Assembly: GCF_964213995.1 (NCBI RefSeq)
Contig: NW_027590185.1
Span: forward strand, 1-64,000
Direction of reading: 5' to 3'
DNA length: 64,000 bases
From: Mustelus asterias
Taxonomy: Eukaryota
In this document: positions 60,750 through 64,000 of the stretch, in pieces
Numbering within the stretch: the stretch's first letter is position 1
Layout: each line of letters begins with the position of its first letter
Notes under the pieces: generated by a model
The model's database searches: none
The model's input: only the letters and a program-made list of their open reading frames with translations
What the model was told of the DNA's origin: nothing
Program-made: the position numbers and the translations under genes

Positions 60750-61796
60750 CGAGGTTGGCAGTGCAAAGGTACATTTCTGAATGGAGGGCTGTGACAAGTG
60801 ACGTTCCTCAGGGATCAGTGCTGGGACTTTTGCTGTTTGTAATATATATAAATGATTTGGAGGAAAATGTAACTGGTTTGATTGGTAAGTTTGTGGATGA
60901 CACAAAGGTTAGTGGAATTGTGGATAGTGATGGGGACCGGCAGAGGATACAGCAGGACATAGATCAGTTGGAGACTTGGGCGAAGAGATGGCAGATGAAG
61001 TTTAATCTGGACAAATGTGAGGTAATGCATTTTGGAAGGTCTAATACAGATGGGAAATATACAGTAAATGGCAGAACCCTTAAGAGTATTGATAGGCAGA
61101 GGGATCTGGGTGTACAGGTACACAGGTCATTGAAAGTGTCAATGCAGGTGGGGAAGATAGTCAAGAAGGCATACGGCATGCTTGCCTTCATCGGCCGGGG
61201 CATTGAGTTTAAAAATTGGCAAGTCATGTTGCAGCTTTATAGAACCTTAGTTAAACCGCACTTGGAATCTAGTGTTCAATTCTGGTCACCACACTACCAG
61301 AAGGATGTGGAGGCTTTGGAGAGGGTATGGAAAATATTTATCAGGATGTTGCCTGGTGTGGAGGGCATTAGCTATGAGGAGAAGTTGGAGAAACTTGGTT
61401 TGTTCTCACTGGAACAACGGAGGTTGAGGAGGGCAACCTGATAGAAGTCTACAAGATTATGAGGGGTATGGACAGAGTGGATAATCTGAAGCTTTTTCCC
61501 AGGGTGGAAGAGTCAATTACGAGGGGCATAGGTTTAAGGTGTGAGGGGCAAGGTTTAAAGGAGATGTACGAGGCAGGTTCTTTACACAGAGGTTGGTGGG
61601 TGCCTGGAACTCGTTGCCGGGGAAGGTAGGGGAAGCAGATACGATAGTGACTTTTAAGATGTGTCTTGACAAATATATGAATAGCATAGGAATAGAGGGA
61701 TATGGTCCCCGGAAAGGTAGGGGGTTTTAGTTCAGACGGGCAGCATGGTTGCTACAGGCTTGGAGGGCCAAAGGGCTTGTTTCTGTGCTGTAATTT
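60750..61796 (+). mobile_element. 5'-truncated CR1 downstream of gene 8, followed by a partial minus-strand SINE (about 61800-61975)
   Basis: VPQGSVLG..KFVDDTK..PHLESSVQFW, with variants shared with 7738-9340. Confidence 0.92.
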
Positions 61797-62484
61797 TACA
61801 GAGAATAGAATAGAATCCCTCCAGTACAGAAGGAGGCCATTCAGCCCATCGAGCCTGTTCCGACCACAATCCCACCCAGGCCCTACTCCCGTAAACTCAC
61901 ATTTACCCTGCTAATCCCCCTGACACTAGGATCAATTTAGTATGGCCAATCAACCTAACCTGCACATCTTTGGACATTTATTGGTGAAACTAACAATGCA
62001 ATAACACGAAGGGCCGATAGTTAACAGTGCTATAAAACAGGTGGATGTAATCGTCAACAGAGCCCAATTCCCTAAACCTTTCTCATATAGACTTTCACCC
62101 GTGCCCTCCTGGCGACCCCACAACATCTCCATCTCCCGTGGTCCAGCGCCACATCAACGCATCCCCCCAGGATGCACATCAGAACTGGAGGCAGCCAGCT
62201 GCACTCCGCACCCATTTGCCTGTGATGCCCCTGGCAGGCGTCTGCTGGAGAGCTGGGACCTAGAGGGGTCCAGCCGTCTTCCTGGTGATATGGATGTATC
62301 CTTGCCTTGCTGTTCACCCTGCTGCTCTTGAGATGCTCCGGTGTCAGGAAAGGGGGAGTCGGAAAGCCCTGCATCCCATCGGCCGGAATCCCCCGGGTGG
62401 AAGGCCCCAGCACCGTCCCCAGGCCCCCCTCCTCCCTCGAGGCGCCAATGGACCCCTGGGTCACTCCGTGGGACGGTGAAGCTG

Positions 62485-62750
62485 ACTCGGGGGAGGGAGT
62501 GGTGATTGGGAAATTCTGCAGGGGTGGTGATTGAGGAGGGGGATAGCGGGGGGGGGGGGGGAGCTCTGCAGGAGTCCTGATGGGGGAGGGAGCTGGTGAT
62601 CGGGGAAACTCTGCAGGGGTGGCGATCGGGGAGGGGGCGAGAGGGGGAACTCTGCAGGGATGCTGATTGGGGGGAGGGGTTGGTGATTTGGGGGAAACGC
62701 TACAGATGAGGAGATTGGCGGGGCGATTTCTGTGGGGAGGGGGGGATGTC
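62485..62750. repeat. G-rich degenerate tandem repeat
   Basis: Recurring ggggaggg..tggtgat(t/c)gggg..aactctgcaggg units. Confidence 0.7.
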
Positions 62751-63129
62751 CACTGAAGATGGAAACTGGGAGGATGGAGCGCCTGCACAATGACACCCCT
62801 CCAGATCAGCAGCTGGCTTCCCCAGCAAGTTTAGGTTCCTCCCCTTCCTCCTGCAGTGAGGATTATATTGTGACTGTTTTTGACTAAGTGCCACAAGATT
62901 GATTTTTTAAATTTGCCCAAGAAATGAGTTTGAAACTTTTCTCACTCATTCAGCACTTCGAATTTTTTTCATGAAATTCCACCCGATGTCTTTTGGTTCT
63001 AAACCAGTGGAAACAGACATGCATTTTATCAAAACCTCGCAAAAGTTTGAATATCACTATTAAATCTTTCCTTAACCTTTCCTGCTCTATAGAGTGCAAT
63101 TCCAGCTTCTCTAATCTCTCCATATGGAT

Positions 63130-63720
63130 TATCCATCCTGAGGTCCCCAGTATCACAGATGCACATCTTCAGCCAATTCGATTCACTTCAAGGGATATCA
63201 ATAAGCAGCTGAAGGCAATGGATAAGGAAAAATCCAAACTGGCCAACTGCCCTCCAATGTCTCTCGTCTCGATCATCAGCAAAATGATGGAAGATGTTGT
63301 TGCCAACGGTGCGATCAAGCAGCATTTATACAGCAACAACCTGCTCACTGATGCTCAATTTGGGTTCCACCGAGGACCACTCACCTCCTGCCTCATTTAC
63401 AGCCTTTGTCCAAACATGGACAAAAGAGTTGAACTGGGTGATGTTGGAGTGATTGCCATTGACATCAAGGCAGCATTTGACTGTGCGTGGCATCAAGCAA
63501 CCCGATTAACATTGAAGTCAATGGGAATCAGGGGGTAACTCTCCACCGGCGAGAGCCACATCCCGCACAGAGGAGGATGATCGCGGTTGTTGGAGGCCAA
63601 TCATCTCAGCCCCAGGGTAGTGTCCGAGGCCCATCCATCCTCAGTTGCTCCACCAATGACCTTCCCCCGATCATAAAGTCGAAAGCGAAGCTGTTCATTG
63701 ATAATTGCAGTCCTCATGGC
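63130..63720 (+). mobile_element. Old non-LTR RT relic with deletions, from a family distinct from the main CR1s
   Basis: SLVSIISKMME..NLLTDAQFGF..AIDIKAAFD..PQGSVRGP. Confidence 0.75.
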
Positions 63721-64000
63721 TGAGAATGATACCAGGGATGAGGATTTTGTTTTATTCTTTCAGGGGATGTGAATGGCTGGCAAGGCCAACATTCATTGCG
63801 CATCACTAATTGCCCCTGTGAAGAAAGTGAGCCACTTTCTTGAATCGCTGCAATCCATCTGGTGTAGGTATACCCACAACGCTGTTAGGGAGTTCCAGGA
63901 ATTTGATGCAGTGACAGAGAAGGAATGGTGAATGAGTTTCAAGTCAGAATGGTATGTGATGTGGAGTACAATTTACAGATGGTGGCATTCCCATACGCTG

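Larger units (their letters stand above)
58840..61796 (+). repeat. Inverted segmental duplicate of about 7755-10910 (gene 1 with its 3' CR1)
   Basis: Same leader ([12 protein letters not shown]), 3' UTR and CR1 junction in opposite orientation. Confidence 0.9.

Noticed and set aside
62072-62788. 238-aa proline-rich ORF
   Set aside because: Translation of the C-rich strand of a low-complexity repeat.

Overview
Eukaryotic DNA, almost certainly elasmobranch (shark), inferred from HE1/V-SINEs, DeuSINE-like elements and HER1/CR1 LINEs. The window is a transposon-saturated cluster of eight tandem C2H2 zinc-finger loci. Five have long open frames (10, 10, 11, 10 and 14 fingers), one is cut by a CR1 insertion after finger 5, and two carry premature stops. 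There is also a 5'-region-only relic. Each CDS starts directly at finger 1 (MEKPWKC) with no recognisable KRAB/SCAN/BTB domain. The genes share a first exon, a highly conserved 66-nt micro-exon and an upstream run of fossil fingers closed by an in-frame stop, and several sit head-to-head on shared CCAAT/NRF1-type promoters. The cluster grew by direct and inverted segmental duplications, whose paralogous empty sites order several insertions. Mobile elements include an intact full-length CR1 that arrived together with a ~0.83 kb 5' tandem array, a second young 5'-truncated CR1, an ERV-like 5' LTR with its primer-binding site, Penelope-like relics with hammerhead-like cores, a Tx1-like 3' end and many SINEs. 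Element boundaries were read by eye and are approximate.
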